Assembly: GCF_902713615.1 (NCBI RefSeq)
Contig: NC_052147.1
Span: 166,946,410 to 167,010,409, forward strand
Direction: 5' to 3'
DNA from: Scyliorhinus canicula
Taxonomy: Eukaryota
DNA: 64,000 nt
Shown here: piece after piece, positions 10,840-22,890 of the stretch
Layout: each line of letters opens with the position of its first letter
Numbering within the stretch: the first letter of the stretch is position 1
The notes under the pieces: model-generated
What the model saw: the letters and a program-made list of their open reading frames with translations, nothing else
Databases searched by the model: none
Told to the model about the DNA's origin: nothing
Translations under genes and position numbers: made by a program

Positions 10840-12277
10840 ATGGGGAAGGCAAGGATAAATCAGTTCATGTATTGCATTGGAATTCTTATTACTGTGTTTG
10901 GAAAATTATTAATGAACAAATCTGTGACTTTTTCCACAGATTACCTTTTACGAGGACAGGAACTTCCAGGGTCGGCACTATGAGTGCAGCAGTGACTGTG
11001 CTGACCTGTCCCCTTACTTCAGCCGCTGTAACTCCGTCCGTGTTGAGAGTGACTGGTGGGTGATGTATGAGAAACCCAATTACATGGGATACCAGTATGT
11101 TCTGAGCAGGGGAGAATATCCTGACTACCAGCGCTGGATGGGATTCAATGACAACATCAGGTCATGTCGCTCCTACCCATACGTAAGTTGCTTTTGATTT
11201 TTATTTTGTATCCAAACTAAGACTTAGAAAATGATCAGTGTGCTCAACATTTGACTTTGTGCATATCAGCTCTGAAGAGCCATCAGCTGTTTTGACAGGT
11301 TTGATTGTAACTTTGGCCAGTGGTTGTTAACAGGTCGTGAATTGCCTGCCTATCAAACATCCAGCCTGACATGTTTTTCTGTCACCATTTAATTCTGTTA
11401 GCATCAGCCTTTGTAATTTTGTAACTGCTGTGGTTCCTAACTCAACTCTGGTTAAGTCTGAGTGTCACGTTGACAGCTTGTTGCAAAACGTAAGAATATC
11501 TGGGATATAATTGGATGTATTTATTTGTAATTAATCAGATTTTTAGAATTGAAAGTTAAATTGGCACGATGACAATGTAAAGCAATAAATTCATCTACAG
11601 AGAGACCAGACATGATTGGAAATATGGTGACAGACATGTGCGTACTCACTCCATTCACCTTATTGTAAATGTTTAATACTTTCTAGGAAAGAGAAAGCTG
11701 TTCCCACACAGAGAAACAGAGAAATAATCTGATCACAATAGGAAACAGAAATATATGCAGATTATTACTGATATTGATAAAACTCTGTCTGTGTGAACCA
11801 ATTAAACTTCGATAGGAGCTGTTGCGTGTAACAAGTCTAAAAGATAATCAACCTATTAAATCAATGGTCATAATTATCTCAGCTTTGCTCTCATTGCTGA
11901 TGTCATCATCTGGGCTCCATTATATTCCTTCCTTCACAATGTTTCTCTTTTTCTACGTATAGCAAATGTATATTAATAGTTTAATTTTATTTCTCTTACA
12001 GTACCGAGGTGGAAACTACAGAATGAAGATTTACGAGAGGCCTGACTTTGGAGGACAGATGATGGAATTTATGGATGACTGCCCATCTGTCTACGATCGT
12101 TTCCGTTACCGTGACATCCACTCCTGCCATGTGATGGACGGTTACTGGAACTTCTATGAACATCCCAACTACAGAGGCCGACAGTACTTCATGAGACCCG
12201 GTGAATACAAGAGATACAGTGACTGGGGCGGCTACAACTCAACTATCGGATCTTTCAGACGCATGAGGGATTTCTAA
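10840..12277 (+). CDS. CRYG: Gamma-crystallin (shark gamma-S1/GS-1-like), copy A; join(10840..10848,10940..11182,12002..12277), 175 aa
   Basis: Classic 3-exon gamma-crystallin layout: MGK | [20 protein letters not shown]...SCRSYPY | [23 protein letters not shown]...GSFRRMRDF*. Greek-key motifs, phase-0 introns (intron 1 GC-AG, intron 2 GT-AG), TATA at 10773, AATAAA at 12326. Confidence 0.96.
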
Positions 12278-13830
12278 TCTGTTACGGTTAAATGTGACCT
12301 TCTTTTCTGAAAAACTTGTCAACATAATAAAATACATTCTATTACATTGCCACTTTGTTTAAATCACTTATTTTTGGATGCTTGTTTAAATTGTCCAAAC
12401 AAAGTGCTCTATCTGATGTTCACATCCAGAATATTTTATAAGTTATGAGGTTATCATTAAAGTGAGAAAATACAGAAGCAGAAAAATTGTGGGCAAGATC
12501 CTGTCAAAAATGTGAGGGCAGGTCAATCCTGCCATCCCTGTTGAGGTTGCTGAAGTTTGTATTTATGGGAACCACAGGCTCCTTCTCCCAGTTTGATTAT
12601 TGTCCGATACGGAATGCCACTAGTGAGTCTGTAGGCTGGAAAACCGTGAACTTGTAAAAGATGTGGATCACACTCCCAGCACTTTCCCGTTCTGAAGTTT
12701 CTTGCGCACAGGAGTGGTGAAGGGGGGACAATACCAGAGGAGAGAAAACCATTAAGAATGTCCCACAAAATGGAAGCCAAAAAGGGAACTTTGTCATTAA
12801 ATTTAGTCATACAAGGCTCAGGGGATCATCAGATGATGCTCAAAACAAAATGAACTTGAACTGGGCATGGGGGCACAGGAGAAAATCTAGAGAAAAAATG
12901 CAATAACAAGGCTAGTGCTCAGGAGATCTTCAGAGGATGTGGCTGGGTGGGTAGTCTACTGGAAGTATTACAGAGGCAGGCGTACAGAGAATAGTCCAAG
13001 AGATTGTGATTCATTCAATCAAACACACATTGGGAACTATATCCCATGACAGAAATATCTTAAGTGGTTTTACTTGAAGAAATCTATTTCAGTTATTAGC
13101 TGATGACTAATTCATATATTACAAAGAGTGAAGAGATTGCAAAAGTTTCTTTATAAATGAAAAATTCCTTCCTTCCTTCCTTTTTTCTTTTCTCTACTTT
13201 CCAATCTGCCATCTACCGCCATCCCTCAATTGATGAATAAGTACTTCTTCACCTTGAACAGTATTTAGAAGAGACATTGAGAATTGAAATGGCAAAGAAT
13301 GCACTTTGGGTGGGAGTCTTCAAACCGTAGTAGCACCAGAGCAAGCTGACTGAGTGCTGACGAACATATCTCCAGTCTAAACTTGTGGCAGATGGTGAAA
13401 GAACTGACGTGAGGGTGAAACCACCTTGGCATCATCCTCACCGGCTTACCCATTCTAAGTGTATCTGTTCATGATAATATTCGTAAGTGTGGTCTCCGCA
13501 CAGTCTTTGTGGAGATTGGGTCACATCTTCACATTGTGAATGCCCTCCATCATGTTGTGTGGCACGTAACTGTGCTTTTGGGATGGGCTCAGAATCAGCT
13601 CAAGATAGGCACTTGTGTGAGGTACTGTGGGCCATCAGCAGCAGGAGAAATGTATTTCACCACATATTCATACATGGAAACATACATAGAAAATAGAAGC
13701 AGGAGGAGGCCATTTTGCCCTTCCAGCTTGCTCCGACATTTATTATGACCCTGAATGATCACCAAGTTCAATACCCTAAGCCCACCTTCCCCCATATCCC
13801 TTGATCCTTTTAGCCCCAAGAGCTATATCT

Positions 13831-14057
13831 TTTTTTTTAAATTAGAGTACCCACTTCATTTTTTTTTCCAATTAAGGGGCAATTTAGTGTGTTCAATCCA
13901 CCTACCTTGCACATCTTTGGGTTGTGGGGGTGAAACCCACGCAAACACGGGGAGGATGTGCAAACCCCACATGGACAGTGACCCAGAGCCGGGATCGAAC
14001 CTGGGACCTCGGCGCCATGAGGCAACAGAGCTAACCCACTGCGTCACCATGCTGCCC
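13831..14057 (-). mobile_element. Short V-SINE subfamily with A-rich tail
   Basis: tRNA head and shortened core; 15-bp TSD CCAAGAGCTATATCT (13816-13830 and 14058-14072); inserted into a LINE 3' end. Confidence 0.9.
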
Positions 14058-14094
14058 CCAAGAGCTATATCTAATTCCGTCTTGACCTTACACA

Positions 14095-15750
14095 ATCGGT
14101 GAAAACGCCGGAGCATTTAATCACGGCATTATCTGGCCCCTAGCTGCACAGGGGCCAGCACAGCACTGGAGCGCTTCATGCAGCTCCAGCTGCCAATATA
14201 GGTGCGTGAACGGCCGGAGCGAGTTCGCGCATGCGTGCCACGGCTGGCATGAGTTCGCGCATGCACGTGGGTTGCCGTCTCCGGAGGAACATAGGCCTCC
14301 ATCGGGATAAGCCCGCCTGCTCAGCCAGAGTCTGCGGCGGCATGCCCAGTCCGGCAGGTCCTCAAATATCAGGCACTGTTGGTACACGCTAGGCCTCAGG
14401 CCTCCTTTGCAATTCCTCCTTCTGTTGGTCGGTCGTTTCTCCATCCTGGGCGGCGGCCTCCTGAAATGAAAAAAATGAAAATCTCTTATTGTCACAAGGA
14501 GGCTTCATAATGAAGTTACTGTGAAAAAGCCCTAGTCGCCACGTTCCGGCGCCTGCTCAGGGAGGCTGGTAGGGGAATTATGCTGCTGCCCTGCCTTGGT
14601 CTGCTTTCAAAGCCAGCGATTTAGCCGTGTGCTAAATCAGCCCTGCATTCCTCTGAGGCCGTCTCCGTTGCTGCACGCTCTGCTGCTGCATGCTCCGCTT
14701 TTGCTGCTTCCTCCTCCTCCAGCAGCGCAGCTCGTATCGCTGCAGGGCATCCTCCAGGGCTCCAGCGACTGGGAAGAAGGCCACCATTGATGGCTGAATT
14801 TCAATATCCATTGTCTGCATGGGGTGAAATGTTGACGTGTTAGCATGGTGCATACCCTCGTATCCAAACGTGTCCAATGGGCTACAAGGTGCCCCCGGGT
14901 GGCATTGCAGACTCTGCCCCTAGATGTCCCTTCCCCCATCTCCAAACCCCTGGCCCCTTCGGAGCCCGGCACCGTGGGGACTTTGCCCTGGCGCTCGTCC
15001 CTGCTGCCAGCAGTACCGTAGTCTGGCGCTGCGCTTGCCTGTGGTACGTTCTGCGGCCCCGGGCAGGGGCCGCTGTAGGGAGTACAGTGGCCATTGCTCT
15101 GGGGGGCCGCCTAATGCCCTGCCACCAGGTGGTGGCCGGTTGGGTGGGGGTGGTGGTGGTGGTATGGTGGAGGATGGGTTGTGGGCACGGTGGGCTGGAG
15201 GGTAGCAACTGGGAGGTGGGATCACCCATGCAGTGATACCCCACCATAGGGATGGTCAGTGGGATGCACAGCAAGGCTGCCTTGCAGGCTGCGGCAATAG
15301 AGGCCCATGGCTGGACACATTCCCAGTCCCGTGGGGGGTCACCCCGGCCACATGCTTCGTTCCCCCATCAACCTCCCCCCCCCCCCCCCCCCCCCCCCCA
15401 CACCCCCGCACAGACAGGGCCGCCCCCCACACCACAGCCGCTCTCTGTCCTACTTCAGCCACAACACTGGCTTCATGAGTTTTAAAAGCACAAGTCAACC
15501 CCACTGTCAGGAATTAGGCCCATCAGAGACGGAGAATTGCGGAGGCCCCGGAGGATGCCGAGTCGAGCCCGCTAGTGATATCTAAACGGTGTTTACTGTA
15601 TGTGTGTTCTGGAACGCATTAACACCGCTGTCGAGGCGACGGAGAAGGCGATTTGGCATGAAATCAGAACCGCTGCGATTTCAGCGTTGGAACCAATAGT
15701 TCTCCAAATCGCGTTTCCGATTTTGGTGTTGGCCGACAGAAAATCCCGCC
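14095..15750 (-). mobile_element. Harbinger element left end plus transposase N-terminal remnant
   Basis: TIR-like GAAAATCCCGCC at ~15739-15750; reverse-complement similarity to 43567-44389 and 54114-54900; minus-strand FEDLPDWACRRRLWLSR. Confidence 0.7.
14462..14643 (-). mobile_element. Short (~185 bp) tRNA-derived SINE lacking the V core
   Basis: GGGCTG(G)TTTAGCAC head and GGCGACTAGGG...CACAGTAACTTCAT...TTGTGACAATAAG tail. Other copies at 16434-16625, 29085-29265, 37485-37680 and 43185-43352. Confidence 0.8.
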
Positions 15751-15924
15751 GAATGTTTTCGCCTCAACTAATTTTTGTGGTAGTGAATTCCACAGATTCA
15801 CCACTCTCTGGTTGTAGAAATTTCTCCTCACCTCAGTCGTAAAAGGTCGTATCCTCCAACCGTGATCTCTGGTTCTGGACTACCCCACCATCGGGAACAT
15901 TCTTTCCGCATCTACCCTCTCTAA

Positions 15925-16272
15925 GGGCAGCACGGTAGCATTGTGGTTAGCACAATTGCTTCACAGCTCCAGGGTCCCATGTTCGATTCCCGGTTTGGGT
16001 CACTGTCTGTGCAGAGTCTGCACATCCTCCCCGTGTGTGCGTGGGTTTCCTCTGGGTGCTCCGGTTTCCTCCCACAGTCCAAAGATGTGCAGGTTAGGTG
16101 GATTGGCCATGCTAAATTGCCCTTAGTGTCCAAAATTGCCCTTAGTATTGGGTGGGATTACTGGGTTATGGGGATAGGGTGGAGGTGTGGACCTTGGGTA
16201 GGGTGCTCTTTCCAAGACCGGTGCAGACTTGATGGGCCGAATGGCCTCCTTCTGCACTGTAAATTCTATGAT
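15925..16272 (+). mobile_element. HE1-like V-SINE, full length
   Basis: Same structure as 3939-4274. Confidence 0.9.
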
Positions 16273-16433
16273 CTAATCCTGTTAGAATTTTAGAAGTTTC
16301 TATGAGATCTCTTTTCACTATTACAAACTCCAGTGAATATGTTCCTGACTCTACCAATTCCATCGTGCTGAGGCATCAACTTGGGCTCAGCGAAGCATGA
16401 CGGACAGCATATCAGGATCAGCAATTTGTGCAT

Positions 16434-16625
16434 GAAATGAAATGAAATGAAGTGAAAATCGCTTATTGTCACAAGTAGGCTTCAAATGAAGTTCCTGCGA
16501 AAAGCCCCCAGTCGCCACATTCCGGCGCCTGTTCGGGGAGGCTGGCATGGGAATTGAACCATGCTACTGGCCTGCCTTGGTCTGCTTTAAAAGCCTGCTC
16601 TTTAGCCCTGTGCTAAACCAGTCCC
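16434..16625 (-). mobile_element. Short tRNA-derived SINE with (TTTCA)n tail
   Basis: Near-identical to 14462-14643 and 29085-29265. Confidence 0.8.
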
Positions 16626-17227
16626 TGGCTTCATTATCTGAGGAGTCTCGAATGGTGCTGAACAAATGGTGCTGGCAGTCATCCGCAATCATCCCCACTT
16701 CTGACCCTATGATGGAAGGGAGGTCAATGATGAATCAGTTGAAGATGGTTGACTCTGGGACATTATCCAGGGGAACTACTGCACTGATGCCCTGGAACTG
16801 AGAGGATTAACCTCCAACCACCACAACCATATTCATTTGTGCGTACGGAGTATAGTGCTACGTCGCTAGTGAAGATATTTTGAAAGAACAACTCAATCCA
16901 TAAGAGGGTCATTCAGGAGTCTGGTAACAGCGGGAAAGAAGCTGTTTCTGAATCTATTGGTGAATGATATTGTGACTGCAGTGTTGAGGGGTGTTGTTTC
17001 TTACAGTGCATACTCAGCAATGTTGTTAGGGTGTTGTTTGTTACAGTCCAGACTCAGTTTCATATTTTAACAAGTTCAGTTTACCTGAAGCCACATAGAA
17101 AAGAGATGCCAACCTGAGAAAGTACAAAATGGTACCACAAACATGTTAAGCAGCATAAGCAGCATGTCATAGACAGCACTAAGCAATCACAGAGACAGCA
17201 CATCAAATCAAAACACTGCAGTCCTGC

Positions 17228-17460
17228 TGTGGTGAATGTATTACTGCTACCATTCACCATTGTATTGCCTAACATTGTATTGTATTATGTTGATGCCCTT
17301 ATAGGTCCGCCTGTAGCTCCGCCCCCTCGGGAGAGGTATATAGATCTGCAGCCTGTAAGCGGCACTCAGTACAGAGCAGCCGCAGGCAGGCACAGATCTA
17401 GCGTATTAAAACCACTGTTCACTTCTACTCAGCATCTAGTGTGAATTGATGGTCGCATCA
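17228..17460 (+). mobile_element. Solo LTR (233 bp)
   Basis: TG...CA termini, 5-bp TSD CCTGC on both sides, internal TATA-like and ATTAAA. The start TGTGGTGAATGTA matches the LTR at 27105 (minus strand). Confidence 0.85.
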
Positions 17461-17979
17461 CCTGCTAAATCTAGTTGTCAGTCGTGTCACATAATTAAAC
17501 AACAGGAGGAGAAGGGTGTACAATTATCGCTATTCTGAATGATAGTGGCGCAAAATGAAGTGTTTGTAACAAACTTCAGTGTGAAATGCCAAGTGAATGA
17601 TTCATGTCAGCCTCCCCAAAATCACAAATTAAATCTACTCACATAATATCAAGAAACAGCTGAGCACAATGAGCACAAAGACTACAGGCCCTGGTTGACT
17701 TGTGCTTCTGAACTACTCGTATCTCTAGCCTTGCTTTTCGTTGAAACCTACAAAGTGGAATTGACCCAACATTGTGGAAAATTGTCTATGTATGTTCTGT
17801 CCATAAGAAAGCAGGTCAAATCCAATCTGGCCAATTACCGCTCCGTCAGTTTACTCTCAATCATCAGTAAAGTAATAAAAGGTGTCATAGACTGCACTAT
17901 CAAATTGTACTTACTCAGCAATAACCTGTTAACTGATGCTCGGTATGCATGCCACATGGCTACAGAATTAGACTAGAAG

Positions 17980-18520
17980 ACTATAAGACATTGGAGCAGA
18001 AGTAGGCCACTCAGCCCATCGAGTCTGCTCCGCCATTCAATGAGATCATGGCTGATCTGATATAATCCTGAGCTCCACTTTCCCGCTTTACCCCCTGATA
18101 GGTTTCTCATCCCCATTCTCCTGCCTTCTCCCCGTAATCCCTGATCTCTTTATGAATCAAGAACCTAACTTATAGACCTGTCTGAAAGACAATCAGTGAC
18201 TTGGGTCACAGCCTTCTGCCGCAATGAGTTCCACAGATTCACCACCCTCTGGCTGAAGAAATTCCTCCTCATTTCAGTTATAAAGGATAACTTCAATCTG
18301 AGGCTGTGTCCTCGGGCTTTAGTCTTTCCTACCAGTGGAAACATCCTCTCCATGTCCACTCTATCTAGGCCTCTCAGTATTCGTAAGTTTCAATGAAATC
18401 CCTCTGCACTACGAGTATGGACCAGAGTCCTCAGTCGTTCCTCATATGAAAAGCTCTTAATTTCTGGATCATGCTTGGGAACCTCCTTTGGACTCCCTTC
18501 AAGGCCAGCACATCGGTGCT
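17980..18520 (-). mobile_element. 3' end of a CR1-like LINE
   Basis: Minus-strand MFPLVGKTKARGHSLRLK...RRNFFSQRVVNLWNSL plus 3' tail. Confidence 0.8.
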
Positions 18521-18525
18521 CAAAA

Positions 18526-19410
18526 TAGCTCACAATATGTGCAAACAACCGCGCAACCCCAAACAAACCTTTGTTTGCAGAAAACTATCCAGCCTTCAGA
18601 ACATCAACCACGATACTTCACAACCCTGCCATGGCAATCTCTGCAAAACGCGCCAGATTATCGACAGGGGTACAACCATTACACGTGAGAATACCACCCA
18701 CCAGTTACGCGGTACATACTCGTGCGACTCGGCCAACGTTGTCTACCTCATACGCTGCAGGAAAGGATGTCCCGAAGCGTGGTACATTGGCGAGACCATG
18801 CAGACGCTGTGACAACGGATGAACGAACATCGCACGACAATAGCCAGGCAGGAATGTTTCCTTCCGGGCAGCATGGTGGCACAGTGGTTAGCATTGCTGC
18901 CTCACGGCGCTGAGGACCCGGGTTCGAATCCCGGCCCTGGGTCATTGTCCATGTGGGGTTTGCACTTTCTCCCTGTGTTTGCGTGGGTTTCACCCCCACA
19001 ACCCAAAAAATATGCTGGATAGGTGGATTGGCCACGCTAAATTGCCCCTTAAATTGGAAAAAATAATTATCTAATCTAAATTTTTTTTTAAAAAGGAATG
19101 TTTCCTTCCTGTTGGGGAACACTTCAGCAGTCAAGGGCATTCAGCCTCTGATCTCCGAGTAAGCATTCTCCAAGGCGGCCTACAGGATGCGTGACAATGC
19201 AAAATCGCTGAGCAGAAACTTATAGCCAAGTTTTGCACACATGAGTACGGCCTCAGCCGGGATCTGGGATTCATGTCGCATTACATTCATCCGCCACCAT
19301 CTGGCCTGGGCTTGCAAAATCCTACCAACTTCCCTGCTTGTGACAATTCACACCTCTATAACCTGGGGTTACCCCTCTCTCTGAATCTGTAAAGACTTAA
19401 TTACCTGCCT
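18526..19410 (+). mobile_element. Penelope-like retroelement 3' fragment (GIY-YIG endonuclease pseudogene)
   Basis: RGTYSCDSANVVYLIRCRKGCPEAWYIGET..RMNEHR..[SINE]..VGEHFSSQGHS..AEQKLIAKF..GLSRDLG; in-frame stops. Confidence 0.85.
18866..19093 (+). mobile_element. Short V-SINE subfamily with A-rich tail, inserted in the Penelope fragment
   Basis: 16-bp TSD AGGAATGTTTCCTTCC (18850-18865 and 19094-19109). Confidence 0.9.
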
Positions 19411-19881
19411 TCTTCCCCAACGTCCCAACACCAAATGGTGCAGGACTACAGCGGCCGGCGCGGAGGAAAGTAGGCCCCCAGCCAGAGAGGCCGGCCCGCC
19501 GATTGGTGGGCCCCGATCGCGGGCCAGGCGCCTGCGAAGGCCCCCCCCTGGGATCGGAGACCGCCCCCCCTCCCCCGCACAGGCCGCCCCCGGACCCTTC
19601 AACGCTGAGGTCCCACCGGCTCAGAGGATGTTAGAACGGCGCCGGCGAGACTCGGATTGTTTTGTAATGGCCGCTTGGCCATCCAGGCCGGAGAATCAGC
19701 ACGCTGGCCAGGCCGGCGAGTCAGCGCATACCCCGACAACGCCGAGCCGACCATGGCGGCGCCGATGGCGTTGATTCTTCGCTATGCAGAGAATTGCGTC
19801 CCGGCGCCGGGGCGGAGCGGCGAGATTCACACGGCGCTGCGCCGATTCTTCGACCCAGTGGGGCGTCGGAGAATTCCGGCC
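19411..19881. mobile_element. GC-rich Harbinger MITE, one end truncated
   Basis: Ends in GGAGAATTCCGGCC; interior similar to 20037-20691 and 55478-56176. Confidence 0.7.
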
Positions 19882-20036
19882 ACAATCTTCAGTTCAGTTT
19901 GGGGATTCAGTTTAATTAAGAAACACTGACAGTATAAAGAATGTGTTGACAAGAGCTCCAAACTGTGATACATACGATTCTTCATTTTCAACTCAGTGTT
20001 GTCAGAAACCCACCTGATGGGAACACAGACGATCTG

Positions 20037-20691
20037 GGGCGTGATTCTCCCATCTGACGGCAGAGTGTTGACGCCATCGTAAAAACTGGAGAGTTTAACG
20101 ACGGCTTCATGGGACTGCTAAGTATAGCGAATCCTCTGCCCTCCAGGGGACCAGCACGGCACTGGAGCGACTCACGCCACTCCAGCTGCCGATACTGCGG
20201 GTCTGCGCATGCACGGTACCTTCCTTCTCTCTGCCAGTCCCGACGCAACATGGCGTAAGGCTGCAGGGGGCGGCGCGGAGCAAAAGAGGCCCCACCAGGA
20301 GAGGCCAGCCCACCGATCGGTAAGCCCCGATTGCGGGTCAGGCCACGGTGGAGGCCCCCCCCCCCCAACCCCCGGAGTTGAACCCCCCCCCCCTACCAGG
20401 CTGCCCCCAACAGGATGGATGCTGAGGGCCCGGCAGGTAAGGCCAGATGTGAACGGCACCGGTGGGACTCGGGCATTTTTGGGCGGCCACTCGACCCATC
20501 CCGGGCGGAGAATTGCCGGGGGCGACCGTGTCGAGCGGCCCCCGCCCGGCGCCGCGCCGACCACGCCGGCGCCAATGGCACCGGCTCTCCGTTCACCGGA
20601 GAATCGGTAGGCCGGTGTTGGGGCTTTGTCGCACAAATCGCGCCCAACCCAGCGATTCTCCGAACCGGCGGGGGCTGAGAGAATCCTGCCC
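20037..20691. mobile_element. GC-rich Harbinger MITE
   Basis: TIRs GGGCGTGATTCTC / GAGAATCCTGCCC; 3-bp TSD CTG. Confidence 0.85.
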
Positions 20692-20841
20692 CTGTTTTCT
20701 CCATATAATGTGGCAATAGATTCTGCCGGCAGCTGCCCAAATGTCTCCTCATACTTTGTCCTTTTCGACTAAAGACTGAAGGAAGCATGGGGCATTCATA
20801 GCAGCAGTCCATGGCACCTTAGTAATCTGTAGCTCCAAATT

Positions 20842-21168
20842 AGAACATAGAACATACAGTGCAGAAGGAGGCCATTCGGCCCATCAAGTCTGCACTGACC
20901 CAAATTAAGCCTTCACTTCCACCCTATCCCCGTAACCTAATAACCTCTCCTAACCGTTTTTGGACACTAAGGGCAATTTACCATGTCCAATCCACCTAAC
21001 CTGCATGTCTTTGGACTGTGGGAGGAAACCGGAGCACCCGGAGGGAACCCACGCACACACGTGGAGAACGTGCTGACTCCTCACAGACAGTGACCCAGCG
21101 GGGAATCGAACCTGGGACCCTGGCGCTGTGAAGCCACAGTGCTATCCACTTGTGCTACTGTGCTGCCC
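20842..21168 (-). mobile_element. HE1-like V-SINE
   Basis: tRNA head and V core; (GTTCTAT)n tail identical in unit to the tail of the intact CR1. Confidence 0.9.
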
Positions 21169-22644
21169 AAATTCCTGCAGTTTTCTTCCACTTAAACACA
21201 TGTGGAAAAGATATGTCCCTTCAGCCAAATTTCCAGCAATCCTTCTTCTCTGCATATCTGACCTTCTTAGAAAGTTTTCTCCTTGCCTGCACTCCCCAGC
21301 TAATCTGACAATTACAGGTTGATCTAGTGACACTACTTCAGGTGTATTAAGTCCCCTGCTCATTCAATGTCATGAGATGGAGTCTGATTTTATTTCTGAG
21401 TAACTTTCACGCTTACCTTTATATAAGAAAAAGAAATTACTGTATCTGATGTATCAAACAGTGCATCAATTTCTCTGTTGCTCTGGGGATTTTTCCCATT
21501 CTGGATCCATAGGAAATCCATAGATTAATCTGAATTTTAACACCCCATGATCTCAAAGAACCGAATGCTCCATTTGGAAGTTGATTTTTCCACTCCTTGT
21601 GGAAACCCAGTTTACTGTTCTAATCCAAAGTAAATTTAACTTCAGCTTTCCATTCTCTCCATCTCACAGTATACCTTTGATTTAAATGCAAGGGTCCTTC
21701 AAAGGGCGTGGAAATGATTTCCAGTATTTAATTTTGATTTGATTTATTATTGTCACAGGTATTAGTATACAATGAAAAGTATTGTTTCTTGCATGCTGTA
21801 CAAACAATGCATACCGTACATAGGGAAGGAAAGAGAGACTGCAGAATATAATGTTACAGTTATAGCAAGATGTCGAGAAAAGATCAACTTAACACGAGGT
21901 AGGTGCATTCAAAAGTCTGATGGCAGTAGGGAAGAACCTGTTCTTGAGTATGGATCCAGGAATGGGGTATTTCAGTTCTAAGGATAGGTGAGAAAAAAAT
22001 TAGGGTTGTTATCCTTGGAGCAAAGGAGCTTTAAGCAGAATCAATCAAGGAGTTTGAAAGAAAGTTGGGAGGGTACTTGAAGGAAATAAACCTGCAGGTT
22101 CCGGGGATCAAGTGGGGGAGTGGAGCTGAATGGATTGCTCATAGAGAGCCAGACCGACTGAATGGACAGAAAAATCTCCTCCTGTGTCCAATGTGAGTTT
22201 ATACTATGCACCAATCCAAATATAACTGAATGACTCCAAGCACTTTGTGACAATTATTATCATTTCATATTACAAAATGAATATTTCAAATATTATCAAA
22301 TATTATCATTAGCAGCAAAAAAGGACACTGATTAAAATATGGAACCCAGTATGGACTATAATCCGGTCTAATAAATGCCACGACAACACTGTGGTAATTG
22401 CACCTAATAAAGTTCATACGTTTTGGTCACAATGTGCAATATGAATACACAGACACTTATACATCAACCCATTGACGTGGGTTGTACCAGTTTAAGAGTC
22501 GATTTCAGACCTCAGTCATCAAACTGAAGTATTGGGAACATAACTGGTTGAATGTGAAATGACAACTGTTTGGGAATTTCGGTAGTTGTACGATACCCAG
22601 AATACCCAGAACACAATGGATTCCAATGAATTGTTGCCTTCTCC

Positions 22645-22890
22645 ACACAACAATTAAAATGACATTGAGGCAAAAGACATTCACTGATGCAGAGGTGCTT
22701 TAAAATGGTTTTCTTTACAATGAGTGTATGTGACATGTGTTTTGCTGCCTTTGTGCTGAGTTCAAACTATTGCAATCATTAAAATAACAAAAGTACAGTC
22801 CAGGGAGGCAATTCTGTCCAACATATAAATACCAAGCTGTGTGAAGTGGTGAAACACAGTCAGTTACTCAGCTCGAACTCTGAGCTCAAA
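22645..22890 (+). promoter_or_regulatory. Proximal promoter and 5'UTR of crystallin copy B
   Basis: TATAAA at 22824-22829; the same Sox/Maf-like motifs as copy A at a constant offset of 12051. Confidence 0.75.

Noticed and set aside
10849-10850. Copies A and B as splice-dead pseudogenes
   Set aside because: GC is a functional minor donor and is shared by two copies; promoters, ORFs and polyA signals are intact.
11966-12277. Stand-alone ORFs 11966-12277, 24418-24672, 36794-37117 and 38258-38557 as separate small genes
   Set aside because: They are single crystallin exons read through from intron sequence; splice sites join them into three 175-aa genes.
15925-16005. tRNA genes at SINE 5' ends
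   Set aside because: A/B boxes are present but each continues into a SINE core and tail, with no complete cloverleaf.
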